Shown here one piece after another: positions 39,701 through 54,700 of a stretch of 64,000 nt of DNA; the stretch's first letter is position 1; every line of letters starts with the position of its first letter. The DNA comes from Camelus dromedarius (taxonomy: Eukaryota). The position numbers and the translations under genes were made by a program. The notes below the pieces were generated by a model. That model was given only the letters and a program-made list of their open reading frames with translations, searched no databases and had not been told where the DNA came from. The stretch is from positions 72,542,001 through 72,606,000 of the forward strand of contig NC_087437.1 in assembly GCF_036321535.1 (NCBI RefSeq), in the 5' to 3' direction.

Positions 39701-42700
39701 ACACAGGAGTTGGTTTATAAACAAGTTATGGCTGCAGGGGAGGGTATAGCTCAGTGGTAGAGTGTGCATGCACAAGGACCTGGGTTCAATCCCCAGTACC
39801 TTTATTAAATAAATAAATAAGTAAATAAACCTAATTATACCCCTCCTCAAGAAAAAACCCCACAAAGTATGGCAATCTCTTAACTTACAATGGCACATGT
39901 GCTTTTCTGGCCTAAATGTGTCTGTCTCCTATACTTTCTCTGAATCACAGTGAGTAGGGGAATCAGGCTGCTAAAAAAAACCCAAATTAATCAAAATTAC
40001 AAGTTAGTATCTTAAGTATTATAATAGAGAAATACACAGGGTGCTATGGGGGAAAAAAAAGCAGTTCTTTACACAGAATAGTAGGGTCAGAGAAGGAAGG
40101 CGATCAAGGAAAGGAGATGCTTGAGTTGAATTTGAATAATGAATAGGAGTCAAAGTAGAGATCGAGGATGTGAGTATGCAGCACGGTGGACGAAAAGAGC
40201 AAGGGAAAAGTTAGAAGCAACGGTGTGACAAACAGCATTATTCCTAATGACAGGAGCCTGGGGATGGGTTGGTCAGGATGGAGACTGCAGAGATGTTAAA
40301 TCAGAAGACTTTTCCATATCCTCCACACAGGAGACAGGAGATAAAGACGTGAATTAAACAGCAGGTCTCGTGGGCCATGCTGTCTCAGCCACTTCCCTGC
40401 CACCAACGACCATTCACAGCCTAATGACTCCTCAAACCATGGCTCCAGCTCAGATTTTATCTAAAGCCTCAGATCACACAGACCACTGATGACTGGATCT
40501 CTACAACAAAATACTGTGCAAACATCCCAAACAGCATATTCAGAACAAATTTGATGTCTCTAAATCTACTCTTGCTTTAAAATTCCACTGGAAACCCGGT
40601 TTCCCAGGCTAGAATCCACAGTCATCTTTGATAGCTACTATTCTCTTAGTTAAGTAGCTTTTCAATAAAACCTTTTTTTTTAATAAAGAAAGAATGAGTG
40701 AACTATCATAAAAGAATAGATATTTTGAATATTTTCTCCATTGGAGGAGATGCTTCAATATTTTAACAATTAAATTTCAAGTTGATATGACCACTTACTA
40801 GTATTTCAAAAAAGGAGTCTGAAGGTAGGTCAGAGAAAACGCTAACTCGCAATGTTTTAATTATTATGGAAAGTGGTGTTGTAAAAGCAAAAACAAATAA
40901 GGTAATGCAATTTCTTTTTAAATCAACAGGTAGCAGCAATGAGGAAGGAGTATTTTTTACATGCCTGGAACCTATTTGAGTTAACAGTTACATTAGTTGG
41001 CATCATAGATGTAATGCTTATTGAGACAAATGCTACTAACTCTAGTTATTATTTGATTCAAACTGTGGTTTTTATAAAAATTGTTCGATTTCTTCGCATT
41101 CTACGCATTTTGAAGGTAAAGAACTATGAAATTCATGCAGTTGCAAACTTCTCCTGACAGCTTCACATAATATGGACTAAAATCAATTTACCAGTTTTGT
41201 GGCTTCCACTTTCTGTTGGACTGATGCTTAAATTTTAAATTTTAGATCTCTTTGACAAATTAATATTCATAGCATTATGAATATTCAAATTACATTAGAA
41301 ATTCATTTAGCACATGAAAGTACAGAAATATTCATCACAGCTTTTCCTTTGAGTAGAGAGCACATAAAAAAAAATCTGTATTAGTGTAAGTACAAATTAA
41401 CCCAAAAGTAATGTTTATTCATATGAATACCAAAAATAAAAGACAGAATCAACAAAACAAACTGTACACACCATTCATATTGATAAAGCAAATAGTATAC
41501 ATTCATATACATTAAGAAACCAAAAAAGTACACATTTTGTGTTATATGAATTCATAGTATTATAGAATCACAGCATCAAAAATGAGCTTGGATTGTCTAA
41601 TATGTCTTTCTATAGCAAGAATAATGGGTAGTTATTTATTTTCTATATGAATGTGGAAACTGTGGAGCACAGAGAGGAAAACATAGGGACGAGCCAACTC
41701 TGCTGAAATTAGGGGACTGTACAGGGGTAACAGATAACCTGGAGGCTTAAAACTTAGCAAAAAAACAACTAGAAATTAATGGTGGGGTCAAATAAGGAGT
41801 ATAGCTGCGGTGGGCTCAAACCCAAATGAACCACCTAGTGAGAAGGTTAGGAGGAGGTTTAGCAGGTAAAAGTGGCAGTACTTCATAGACAGTCATTTTA
41901 TGACCTAAGCCCAGAAGAGTAATCACATGTTTTTCAAGGATTTGAACCAGGTGCAAATAGCATGCAATTCTCTAAGACAAATAAGTAAAGAATAAATCAT
42001 AACTTACAAAGGAGTCTGATATTATCAGTTATGAGGAAATTGCTCTAGCCACGAAGTTATAGAGATACTAGAAATAAAATAACTAAAAATCCTGACCAGT
42101 TACTATAGTTACCATTGACAGCGTATCATTTCCTATTATTACCTATCTTAGTTAAACTAACCAACATAAAATCAACTAAAATTTGTACAATCTGTGTTAA
42201 ACGGCAGTCCTGTTTTTTCAGCTCGTGACACCAAAGTTGCTGCAAGTAATAGACAAAAATATGAGGCATCAGCTGTCCTTTAGGTATGCTATCCTAAAAG
42301 GGTATGTCCAAGGCGAAGCAGACATAATGACCATAATCGATAAGATTGCAAGTTCTAAACAGATTAAACAGGTGAGGAAAACTTTAAATACCAAGAACAG
42401 TGTATATTTACCCCATCCCTCAGTTGCCCTCACTCATCATGTCTTCTGCCTATATGTGTAGGTGTGATCTTTGACTCCTGGTTTGCTAAGAAATTTCTGT
42501 AAAAACTTAAAATAGTCTACATTTAGATTACTCAAATGGCTCCTCACTGCAGTGTCTGTACTGTATTAACAAGTTATGAGTGTTTTGGAACACACCTTTT
42601 GATCCTTGTGGAGCTGTCACAAAACCCACATGCAGTTGTCAGCTTTTCTCAATGCAAGTTCCAGGATCTGTCAGGCTACAGATGCATTAAATAGGAAACA

Positions 42701-45700
42701 CTGGAGGATGAGAAGTGATGGCACGGTTGAGCAAACAGACCTAACTCATCATTTCCAAAGGCTCCTTCTATTTCTGTCTATCCCTGATTTTTCCATAGTG
42801 AATAAAAGAAGTAAAGGATGGGGATCTGGCAAGTGGAAAGAAGAACCAGTAACTTATTTAGAGGGAAACCTTGTCTAATTCTCTCACACAGATGAGAAAA
42901 ATGAAGCCAAGAGAGGTTAAATGATTATGTCTAAAGTCACGTACATAGCTAGTAAACAGCAAAGAAGGTTCTAGGACCTTAAAGTTCTAGATCTTGTTTT
43001 TTATTTTCTCTGTTGAGGCAGATTAACACTGATATGTGCCCACAAGCTTGCCAGTTGTGTGGAATTAAATGATCACCTTTCAAGGTAATTTAGAACATTT
43101 AAATGCTATGTGTTATATGCCAAAATCTTTGTAGTTGAAAATATTGAGCATTCAGTATGTAGTAGAACACAAAGAGCAGTATTTTTTCTTTCTTCACTGC
43201 CTATAACTTTAAAACTATTTTCCGGAATTTTGTTACCTTTTCTAACCACTCATATTTAGCACTGTAACTTAAGGATACACCGTAGAAAATACAAAAGGGC
43301 TTGAATCTCTAAGATGTTGGCCGGTTTTAGTCCTCATTTCTGCTCTCACATGGTTTGGCTAAAACTACCTCATTTAAGGTTGAATGCCACCCCTATTTCC
43401 CAAATTTGAAGGCTGTCAGAAGTCAAATGGGAAAGTACCTAGCATGCCTGCATTTTTCAGAATCAATAGTATCTTAAAGGAAGCTACTTTAAGAAAAAAG
43501 ATATGACTCATCTTTAGGCTTCTCAAAATTGGTCCGGGTAATGCCACTTCTTACCCTCTCCACCATGCTTGCTGGCGTAAAATAAAATTCACAGCACAAA
43601 ATTCAATTCTAATTCCTGAAATGATCTCCATCATATTTCTCTATAAAGTTATTAATTTATGTTAAAAATTCATCAGTTGCAAATGTAAAGATATTTTTGT
43701 AACATTTACTTTCCAACGGGGATAACATTTCTTTTGTTTTGTAGATGTTATTAAGGAGGGTAACGAAGAACACGGGACGTGCTATGAAAGAACTGGGTAG
43801 GTACCTCTCACCCTAAAGATCCAGCATGACCATCTCTTAGCATTACTACTTCAGAGAGGCAATGGTTTTGACAACTAAACTAACTGATCTTTGAGGAAGC
43901 CTACCAACTATCAGTAATAAAGTGGATAAATTCAACAATCAACATGATCATATTTTTAGCTGGCTAGGAACAGTGAAATACTACCTCTTCACATTTGTTT
44001 TCTCTGTCCTATACCACAGTGAAGGACTGTTAATTTCTGCTTAAAGAAAACACATTAGCATGTCACAATTATGCATGGTAGTATCATCTTATAAATTCTA
44101 ATTTCTTTCAAACCAGAGGTACACATACCTTCCGGAGCCACACAAGGAAAGAAGTTATTTTTTCCTCCTTTTGCCACAGAGTTGCCAACTGGGGATTTAG
44201 GCTTTAAAATGAGTTGAAATCAGAACAGTCTAACAGATCACTGGTATGACTGCTAGGAGGCTCGATGCCCAAACATGACGACAGCCTATTTTGTGAGTCA
44301 TGCTGGGTAGACAATAGGTCATTACCAGAAAAAGCCAGACAAGAAGTCATGACCAAGAAGAAAACCAAACAAGAGGTCATGACCAAGAAAAAGGCCAAAT
44401 GTGGAATTTAAGTGGATGAAACTCTGATGAGCATCCAGAGATCTACATCAGACAGGCCGAAGAAGATAGATGGATAAGTCATCTGGATGCCCAAGCAGGG
44501 TGGGTGGAAAGGACCCAGGCTGAGTGACAGAACTTGATCAGAAGCCATATCTAAGGACACAAACTGTAGTCAGAAATCCTGGTTCAAACAGAACAGAAAA
44601 GTGGGTCATGGTCTCCAGACCTAGAGCCCTGAAGAGCCTCTTGGTGTCCAGGGCAAGTGCATTAGTGTAATTGTTAATCCCAGGACCGCAGCTATCTGTG
44701 CTTCTTCATGGGCTTAGAAACAAGTATGGGCTGCTGACAAGAAAATGTCAGGCAGAGCTCTGCAACTACTGGTAAACTTTGATTGACTATAGCAGTCTCT
44801 TCAGGGAGAGATACATTTCCCGGTGATGAAGGTTGTATTCTATGAATTTGAGCAGAAATATTAGCTTATTGTTCACATGAAATATTTAAACAATATCCTT
44901 ATTTCAACTGAAAATATTTTGGGTTTATTTAGGCTACTTAGAATACGATCACCCAGAAATCGCTGTCACTATGAAAACAAAGGAAGAGATTAACGTCATG
45001 CTCAATTTGGCCAGAGAAATTATTAAAGTCTTCAGGTTAAAAGGAATTCTTCATAAAATTGAAGGTTCTGAAATTAATAAGGTAAGGTAGAATATTTTCA
45101 AAGCAAATATACTTACTTGATATAGTCAAGTATGATCTTCAAACCTGCTTTTGGCTCTTCCCAATATAGGCCATCCTTCAGATATAAACATCTAACTTAA
45201 AATAACTGTCTAAAGAAATCACTCACCAAAGAGAGTTTCCTTCCTGCAGATCCAGTGGTCAACTTCCCTTTCCTTTCCTGCCGCAGTAAGGGACCACCTC
45301 TTTCTATGCTCTGCACCCAGGTTAAAGATATAATGAAACTATTCCTCATCCTAGGCTACACTGGATATCAGTATGTTTGTGGGAATTGCCTGTGGCATAG
45401 AAACCATGATTTATAAGAACACTCAACTATAGGGTAAGAATCAGTTATATTTCCTTTCTCTAAGTTATTTAAATGTGAAAAAATAGAGAACAACCCAACT
45501 CACCCTGTAAGTACAAATTCGGAATAGCATAAGAAAAAACATTAAGCTATTGTACTTGTGAATACATATATAAAACTTCTTAACATAATAGTAGCTAATT
45601 GAATCTGGCAGAATATTGAGAGCATAATACACTATGACTAAGGAGGTTTTATCTCCCAAAATAGCTATATAACTCACTCATTAAGCAACTAAAGAAGAAA

Positions 45701-48700
45701 AATCACTTGATAAAATTCAATTCTCATTCATAATGTTCAGAGGATAATAAAAGAAGTGACAATCTTAACTGGATAAAGAATATCTAGTAAAAATCTGAAG
45801 CAAACTTTGTATTAGATGACAGAACATTTAGAAGTATTTTCATTAATGTTAGAAACAAAAGAAGAATAAACAGTGTCATTCCAAGTATTGAATGCTGTGC
45901 TGTAGGTCTTAGCCAGATCAAGAAGGGGAAGAAAAAGGAACTTGAGAGATGGAAATTTTGGAAAAGGGGGAAAACTATTATTACTTGTTGATTGTTTAAT
46001 CTAAAATCCTAGGGAATTAACTTAAAATTAGTAATATAGGACCAATAAGATAATTCAATGGGATATCCAGCAATAAGATCAACATTCAAAATTCTTCCCT
46101 AATGGAAGAAAATGTGGAAAAATATTATATTCACCGTATCATTTAAAAACATTAAATCCTTAAGTATGAACCTAATATAAAGTATATATAGCACTGTGTG
46201 GCTAGAACTAAAAGGTATACTTGAGCAGGCAGAAGAAAGAATCAGTCACCTTTAAAACAAAACCATGGAAATTACAGTATCTGAGAAACAAAAAGAAAAT
46301 AATTAAGGAAAAGTGAACAGAATCTAAGGGACCTATGGGATATCATCAAGAGGACCAACATATTCATTGTGGATGTCTCTGCAAGGAGAAGAGAAAGAGG
46401 AAGAAACAGGATATTTGAAGAAATATTTGCCTGAAAGCTTTCTAAATTTGATGAAAATTATGAATATCAATATTCAAGAAGCTCAATGAATTTCAAGTAG
46501 GGTGAACTGAAAGAGATCCACACAAAGACACATTCTAATCAAACTGCCAAAAGACAAAGAGAGAATTTTGAAATCAGCAAGAGAAGAGCAATGCATTACA
46601 TGCAAGGGATCCTCAATAAGATTATCAGAAATTTCTCATCAGAAACTTTGGAGACCAGAAGGAAGTGGGTTGATGTATTCAAAGTGCTAAAAGAAATAAA
46701 AAAATCAACCAAATATCATATATTCAGGAAAGCTGTCCTGTAGAAGTGAGGGATAAATTAAGACATTCTCAGATTTTAAAAAAGCTGAGAGATTCATAAC
46801 CACTAGACCTGCCCTGAAAGATGATAAAAAAGCATCCTGCAGATTGAAATGAAAGGACACTAGACATTAATAAAATCTATATGAAGAAATAAAAATTTCT
46901 GTAAAGGTAAACACATGGGCAATTATTAAAGCTAGTATTACTGTAATAATGATGTATGATTCCACTTTTTGTTTTCTACATAATTTGAGAGACAAATACA
47001 TTTTTAAAGTAATTATTAGTCTAAAACCTAGAATTCTTATAGCTTTGGCTTATAACTCCATATTTTGTTTTCTACATAATTTAAGAGATGAATGGATTTT
47101 AAAATTTATTAGTTTATGTTTTAGACAGACAACATATAAAAATATAATTTTATGATATCAACTACAAGGGATGACGATGGAGCTGTTAAAGGAGCAGAGT
47201 TTTCTAAGTTACGGAAGTTAGATTGGTATAAATTCAAATTAAAGTGTTATATTCTAGGATGTCAAATGTAATCCTCATGGTAACCAAAAAGAAAATAACT
47301 AAAGAGTGTACATAAAAATAAATGAGGAAGGAAATTTAAATGTTTCACTACAAAAAATCAACAAAATACAAAAGATGACAGTAATGCAGAAAATGAGGGA
47401 CAAAAAAGCTATAAGTCTTACAGAAAAAAATAGTAAGATGACAGAAGTAATTTTGTCTTATCAGTAATTAAATGTAAATAAATTAAACTCTCCAAACAAA
47501 ACACAAAGAGTAGCAGAAGTGATAAAAATATTATTCAACTATATGCTGTTTATGGAAAAAATTGGATATCTACGTACAAAGGAATATAGTTGGATCCTTA
47601 CCTAACACCATATACAAAAATTAATTTAAAATGAATACATCATCTAAATGTAACCCCTAAAATTTTAAAACTCATAGGAGTAAAAATAGGGCATATCTTC
47701 ATGACATTGAATTTGGCAATGATTTCTCAGAAATGACACCAAAGGCACAGACAACAAGAGAAAATAATAGACAAATTGCATATCATGAAAATTTTTAAAC
47801 ATTTTAAATGCACATGATTCACTTCTTGTGCATCAGAAGACAGTATCAACAGAATAAAAGGCAACCTACACAATGAAAGAAAATAGTTGCAAATTACATA
47901 TCTGATAAATAATTAATATCCAGAATGCATAGAGAACTCTTAAAACTCAATAACAAAAACCAAACAACTTAATTTAAAAGTGGGCAAAGAACATGAATAG
48001 ATATTTCTCCAAAGAACACTTTGACAGATAAGCACATGAAAAGATACTTAACATCACTAGTCATGAAGGAAACATAAATCAAAACTACAATGAGATATCA
48101 TCTTCATACCAATTAGGATGGCAATTCCCCCAAAACAAAAATAAAACTAAAAAACCTTACGCTGGTGGGAATGAAAAGTGGTATAGCCACTGTGGAACAC
48201 AGTGTGGTGCTTCCTCAAAAATTAAAAATAGAATTACCATAAGATCTGGTAATTCCACTTCTGAGAATATATATTAAAAAATAGAAAGAAGGCTCTCAAA
48301 GAGAAATTTGTACACCATATTCATAGCAGCATTGTTCACAATAGCTAAAACAAGAAAGCAATACAAGTGTCCATCGATGGATGAATGGATAAGCAAAATG
48401 TGGTATGGGCTTCCAATGGAATATTATTCAACCTTAAAAAGGCAGAAAAAAATCTGACATATACTTAAAACATGGATGAACCTTGAGAACATTCTGCTAA
48501 GTGAAATAAGACAGTTATGAAAAGGTAAATACTGTACGATCCCATTTATATGAGGTACTTAGAGCAGTCAAAATCTTAAAGATAGGAAGTAGATGGTGAT
48601 TTCCAGAAGCTGGGGGTGGGGGGGTGCAGAGAATGGGGAATTATTGTTTAATGGGTGAGGAATTTCAGTTTTGCAAGATAAAAAGAGTTCTGAAAATGAA

Positions 48701-51700
48701 TAGTGCTGATGGTTGTACAATATGAATGTACTTAATACCAGTGAACTGTACACTTAAATATGGTTAAGATAGTAAATTTTGTATTTTGTGTATTTTATCA
48801 GAAGTGAAGAAATGGGAAAAAGAAACAGTGAGCAGTAGTTACCCTACTAGATAGTAAAACATGCTATAAATCCATAATAATCAAATAATGTGGAATTAAA
48901 TAGAATTAGAAAATAATACGTAAATGGCACAGACAAGTTCAGTAGCAGACCTAAATATACATAGTGATCCAGTATACAGTAAGGTGGTATTGCAAATTAG
49001 GAAAAGCTATAGATAATTCAATAAGTGATGCTGAGACATTCAAGATTCATATGGAAAAAAACAACTTTGGGGTCGTATCTCACAACACATAGAGAAGGAA
49101 AATCTTCCAGATTTAAACATGAAAAATTATGCAAATATCATAATCAAATATAAAGAATATCTTTGCATTCCTGATGTGTGAAAAGTTTCGGTAAACCATT
49201 CACAAAACCCAGATACCAACAGAGGAAAGATTAGTAGATACTACTGAATACAATTTAAAACCTTATATGTTGAAATATATTACAAACAAGTTAAGAAGCA
49301 AGGCACAGCTTTGAAGGTATTTGCAACAAAAATTACACAGTAGTGATAGCAATAATACCTAAAAAGTTCTCACAAAACGATGAGAAAAGGACAAAGAATG
49401 CTATAGAAAATGAGAAAAGAATACAAAACAGGCATTTCACGATGTGAGAAGAAAATTTGCCAATGTGATTGAAAAGATATTTAATATTTCTAGTAACCAA
49501 AGATAAAGAAACTAAAGTATTAACAAATGCTATATTTTGTCCATGAAATTAGCAATAATAGAAAAAACTGACAATGTTCAATGGTAATGAGGTAATGAGA
49601 AAGTGTCAGACTTAAATATGGCAGAAAAAAATGCAAATGAATACAGTGATTCTGGAGGGCAATTTAACAAATGATAATTTTTAAAATACATACCTTTAAA
49701 ACCAGCAATTACACATGTATAAATGTGTAAATATTCAAATGTAAACAAAGATATATGTTCGAACATATACTAGGAACGACCTAGTATGACCATCAAATTG
49801 GAATGATTATGTAAATTGTGATAATCCACACAAATGAACATTATGTACAAAATAGTATTACATAAGAAAAATCTGTATGTACTGACACAAAAAAATTCAC
49901 CAAGATATATCGTTAGTAGGGAAGAAGTAATTTATAAAACAATATGTATAATATGATCAACTTTGATTTTTTTAAATTGAAGTATTGTTGATTTACAATC
50001 TGTTAGTTTCAGGTGTACAGCAAAGATTGATTCAGCACTATATATATATATATGTATATGTATTTCATATTCTTTTCCATTATACATTGCAAGATAGTGA
50101 ATATAGTTCCTAGGCTATACAGGAACTATATAGCCTGGGAACTGGTTGTTTATCTTATTTTATATATAGTAGTGTGTATGTGTCAATCCCAAGATCCTAA
50201 TTTATTCCTTCCCCCCCCTCTTACTTTCCCTTTGGGTAACCATAAGGTTGTTTTCTATGTCTGTTAGTCTATTTCTGTTGTGTAAATAAGTCCATTTGTA
50301 TCATTTTTTTCTTAGATTCCATATATAAGTGATATCATATGATGTTTATCTTTCTCTAACTTAATATGATAATCTCTAGGTCCATCCATGTTGTTGCAAA
50401 TGGCATTATTTCATTCTTTTTTATGTCTGAGTAGTATTCCATTGTATATATACATCTTCTTTATCCATTCATTGTCGATGGACATTTAGGTTGCTTCCAT
50501 ATCTTGGCTATTGTAAATAGTGCTGCTATGAACATTGGGGTGCATGTATCTTTTCGAATTGGAGTTTTCTCTGGATATATGCCCCGGAGTGGGATTGCTG
50601 GATCATGTGGTAACTCTATTTTTAGTGTTTTAATGAATCTCCATACTATTCTCCATAGTGGCTGCAACAATCTACATTCTCATCAACAGTGTAGGAGGGT
50701 TCCTTTTTCTCCACACCCTCTCCATAAGGGAGAATAGAAAAGGCCATCCTACCCCCCTTACACCACAGTGGAGCCATTGTCATAAACTGACTGTGTATAT
50801 GCTGATGAGTTTCTGGACTCTTTTTGTTTCATTCTTCTACTTATCTATCATTGAAACTTTTTCAATGTATATCATACTGTCTTATACTGAAATTTAATAA
50901 TAAATCTTCATATCTCACTGTGTATATCTTCCAGCTTTGGTGTTTATTCTTTGTTCAAGATTATTTTGACTAGTTTTGGCATTTTGTATTTTCAAATAAA
51001 TTTTAGAGTCATCTTGTCAGTTTCTACTCATAACCTCCTGAAATTTCTGATGGGATTCCAGTAAGCCTGTACATCTATTTAGAGAAAATTGACATCTTTG
51101 TGATATTGATCCAATCTATTAACATAGCTCTTCACTTTATTAGGTCTTAATTTTGTCTCAATAGTTTATTTTTTCCACGTTAAGAGTACTTACACCTATC
51201 TCATTTGTGAATCTGAACTCTTACACCACACACCAGATGGATAGTACAAAGGTAAAACAATAAGCTTCTGGAGGGGAGGATATAGCTCAAGCGGTAGAGC
51301 GCTTACTTAGCATGCATGAGGTCCTGGGTTCAATCCCTAGTATCTCCCCTAAAAATAAATAAACCTAGTTACCTCCCCCCACCAAAATAAAAAATAATTA
51401 AATAATACAATAATAAATAGAACATAAATAGACCTAATTAAAACAATAAGCTTCTAGAAGGTAAAATAAAAATTTTTATAATTGGCTTAAGCAAAGATTT
51501 CTTGAACAGAACAGAAAAGTGGATTTAAATAACATTAAAATTAATAATTTCTTTTTATTAGAAAATTAAGGTAATGAAAAGACAATCCACAAAAAGGTAG
51601 AGAATATTGTCAAAATAAATATATCCAACAAAGTTCTCATGTCCAGAATATGTAAAAATCTCTTATAAATCAATAAGAACAAGACAGAAAATTCATTTTT

Positions 51701-54700
51701 TTTTAAAAATCAGCAAAAGACTTGAGCAGGCACTTCACAACAGAGGATGTTCTAATAGTCAATAAACGTAAGAAAAGGTGCCAATATCATTGTCAAAAGC
51801 TTAATGCAAATTAAAACCAAAATGAAAATACCAATACACAACCACCATAATACCTAAGTTTAAAAAAAACAAACAACCAGACAATACCAAGTGTAGGCAA
51901 TGATGTGGAACACATGGAACATTATTAGAATGGGAGTATAAATTGATGCAATTACTTTGGAAAAATTGTTTGGCAGACTCTACTAAACTTGAACACATAC
52001 ATATCTTAAGACCCAGAAATTAGATTATATAACCATATATACAACAGAAATGTGTACATATGTACAGCAAATACTTCCAGCAGCATTACGAAATTCCAAA
52101 ACTAGAGCAATCCAATCTCAATCCACAACAGATAAATAAAACTGTAGAGTATTCATAAAACGTAATACTAAACAACAGTGAAAATGAAATGAATGAATAT
52201 TTGCTCCTTGCAACATCATAGATGAATCTCAGAAACATAATGTTGAGCAAATGAAACCAAACACAGATAAGTACATACTCTTTGATTTCATGCAGATAAA
52301 GCTCAAAACCACACAAAGCTAAAGTGTGGTAATAGAAGAGTGATTAATTTGGGGAAGAAGTAATGATTAGAAGAGAACATAAGGGAGGATTCTAGGGTGC
52401 TATAAATTTTTATTTTTTAATCCGAGCACTGGTTACATCTGGGCGATGTTTTCATGTTGTAAATGTTCCTTCAGTGGACATTTATGATTTGTGCACTCTT
52501 TTGTATATTTCCTATACTTTGGTAAAAAGGTTTACTTTTAAAAGTTCAGAATAATGATAACAGGAAAATGCTGTAACAGAAGAGGTTAGAGGTTTCCATG
52601 AATAACAAAAATCTCAGAAGAACAAGGAGAAGAAATAGTACAAAGCCATAATTATTTTAAACATTCTGTGAACACCGGTTTTCTTCATCTCCTTTCTTAA
52701 ATGTTGTGGTTTTAGTTAATAACAGCCAGAAAAAGAGAGATACTTGATCTTCAACCTATATACAAACCGATTACTGTTGATGAGGCACTCCATCATGTTC
52801 CGTGGCTAGATAAAGACCAAGACTACATAAGCTTTATTCAGGTAATATTTTTATTTCTTAGTAATACCATCTTTAATGTACCAACAAATGATCTTTTTAA
52901 AAATAAAGATTTAATCACAATATTCTTCACTTTTAAATTCTTTAAATACCCTTTATTGCCTATAGGATAAAATCAAAATCTCTTTGAATGGCATGCCAAG
53001 TTCTCCCACAATCTGCCTCCTCCTACCCCTCCATCTTTACCTTCTGTCGCCCATATGTCATATGCCCCATACTCTATTTACACTAAACCACTCATGGTGC
53101 CCCAGGCACTATATGCTGTTTTCTAAGTCCATTCCTCTGTGAGTGCTATTTACTTATCTTGAAGTGCCCTTTGCTTTCACTTCTTTTCCCCCAAAACTTT
53201 CTCTGCTATTCCTTCTCTGGAAATAACCCCCCCAAAGCTACTCAGAAAAGCAGGCTTTGGAGTCAAACACCCCACCAGTAGAAGACCATCCTGTGGTCCA
53301 TCCTGAGTTTGGAGGACTAAAGGTGTCACCATTGTCTCCATATATACCTTTATTATAGCATAATTACATTACATTACAATTATTATCTTTATATCTCTCT
53401 CCCCTACTCTATTTTTCACCTCTTTCAGCTTTTGAATACTCAGCCCCTACAATGTTGCATCTCACATAGTGGGTACTCAATAAACGTTTAGGGGGTGAAC
53501 AAATAAATGAGTCTCACCTGTTATAATAACATCTTTTTCTATATCTAGCTAGTACCAAAAGAACGATTATATTTTTCCCCTACTTAAAATATTTTGAATG
53601 AATAAATTTTTTATTTACTTCATCATTTCAGAGCATGGGTATGTATAAGACATATATGTACCATTAGCTTTCATCTGTCCTAATTATTTTTCATCCAAAT
53701 GAAATATTTTCATCCTTCCATTACATTCTTATTCGTAGATTAGACTGTTTCCTAATCTATGCATAAATACCCCATCTGAAATTGTACATACCCATGAATA
53801 TCCACCTTCTTCTCTTTATTAGCCACAATTCCTATCTTCTATTACAAATTTATTGCTAACACAGTATCTCAGATCTTTTTGAGTAGTATTTACTTTAAAA
53901 GTGTAAAACTTTTATTAAAATGTAAACTCCAATCATTGCTAAAATATTTGTAGCTTATGTATTTGGTGATATTTGTAGGAAAGAGCCAGAATTATAACAT
54001 ATGACTGTGGAAATAATATATTTGAAGAAGATGATGAGCCCCAAGGAATTTATATAATTATTTCAGGCATGGTGAAGGTAAGGCAGAGTTATTTATAAAT
54101 GCACTTGTGAGCGTTAGTTAAAAACATCATATGATTGAGAAAAATATCTTTCAATGTTAAGAACTCCATTGTTCCTTTTTTAGGACAGCAGCTACCATCC
54201 AAACAACAGTTTTCTTCCTCAGACATAATGGATAACACCACCCACTACCTTTTAAGCCATACCTTCCTGTAGATAACAAGAAACCTCAAAAGGATCATCA
54301 TTAAGATGGAAAATTATAATATAAATTGTTATTTATCTTATGTTTGAGTTGAGCATTTAGCCATTCTGAGTAGGTGGAACCAGAAAGCTCAGAGTATTTA
54401 AGAGTATTTAAGAGTGCTTTGTTTCTAAGTCATTGCTTATTTAATAAATATACCTTAAAAGGTATGAGTAATACCTGTTCTCAAAACAGTATGTCAATAT
54501 TAAAATTGTTAAAACCAAAGGAGAAAATGCCATAAATCAGATAGTTTTGATAAATTAACTGGTATATGTATTATTTTTCTTTCTTTGTCCCTGAACAGCT
54601 TCAAAGATCAAAGCCAGGTTTGGGAATTGACCAAATAATCTGGGAGTCAGAGGAGAAAGATTATCAGATAACTTACACAGACTTTGTGATCAGTGGGGCA

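Noticed and set aside
39737..39800. tRNA gene-like sequence with A and B boxes (also at 51270 and 55207)
   Set aside because: SINE heads with A-rich tails (one with a perfect TSD); no intact cloverleaf
44310..44397. CRISPR-like repeats of about 30 bp with a palindrome
   Set aside because: Contiguous tandem units with no spacers, in a mammalian intron
50461..50670. ORF resembling a protein C-terminus (also 28967-29161 and 35860-36060)
   Set aside because: Decayed L1 ORF2 fragments, not host genes
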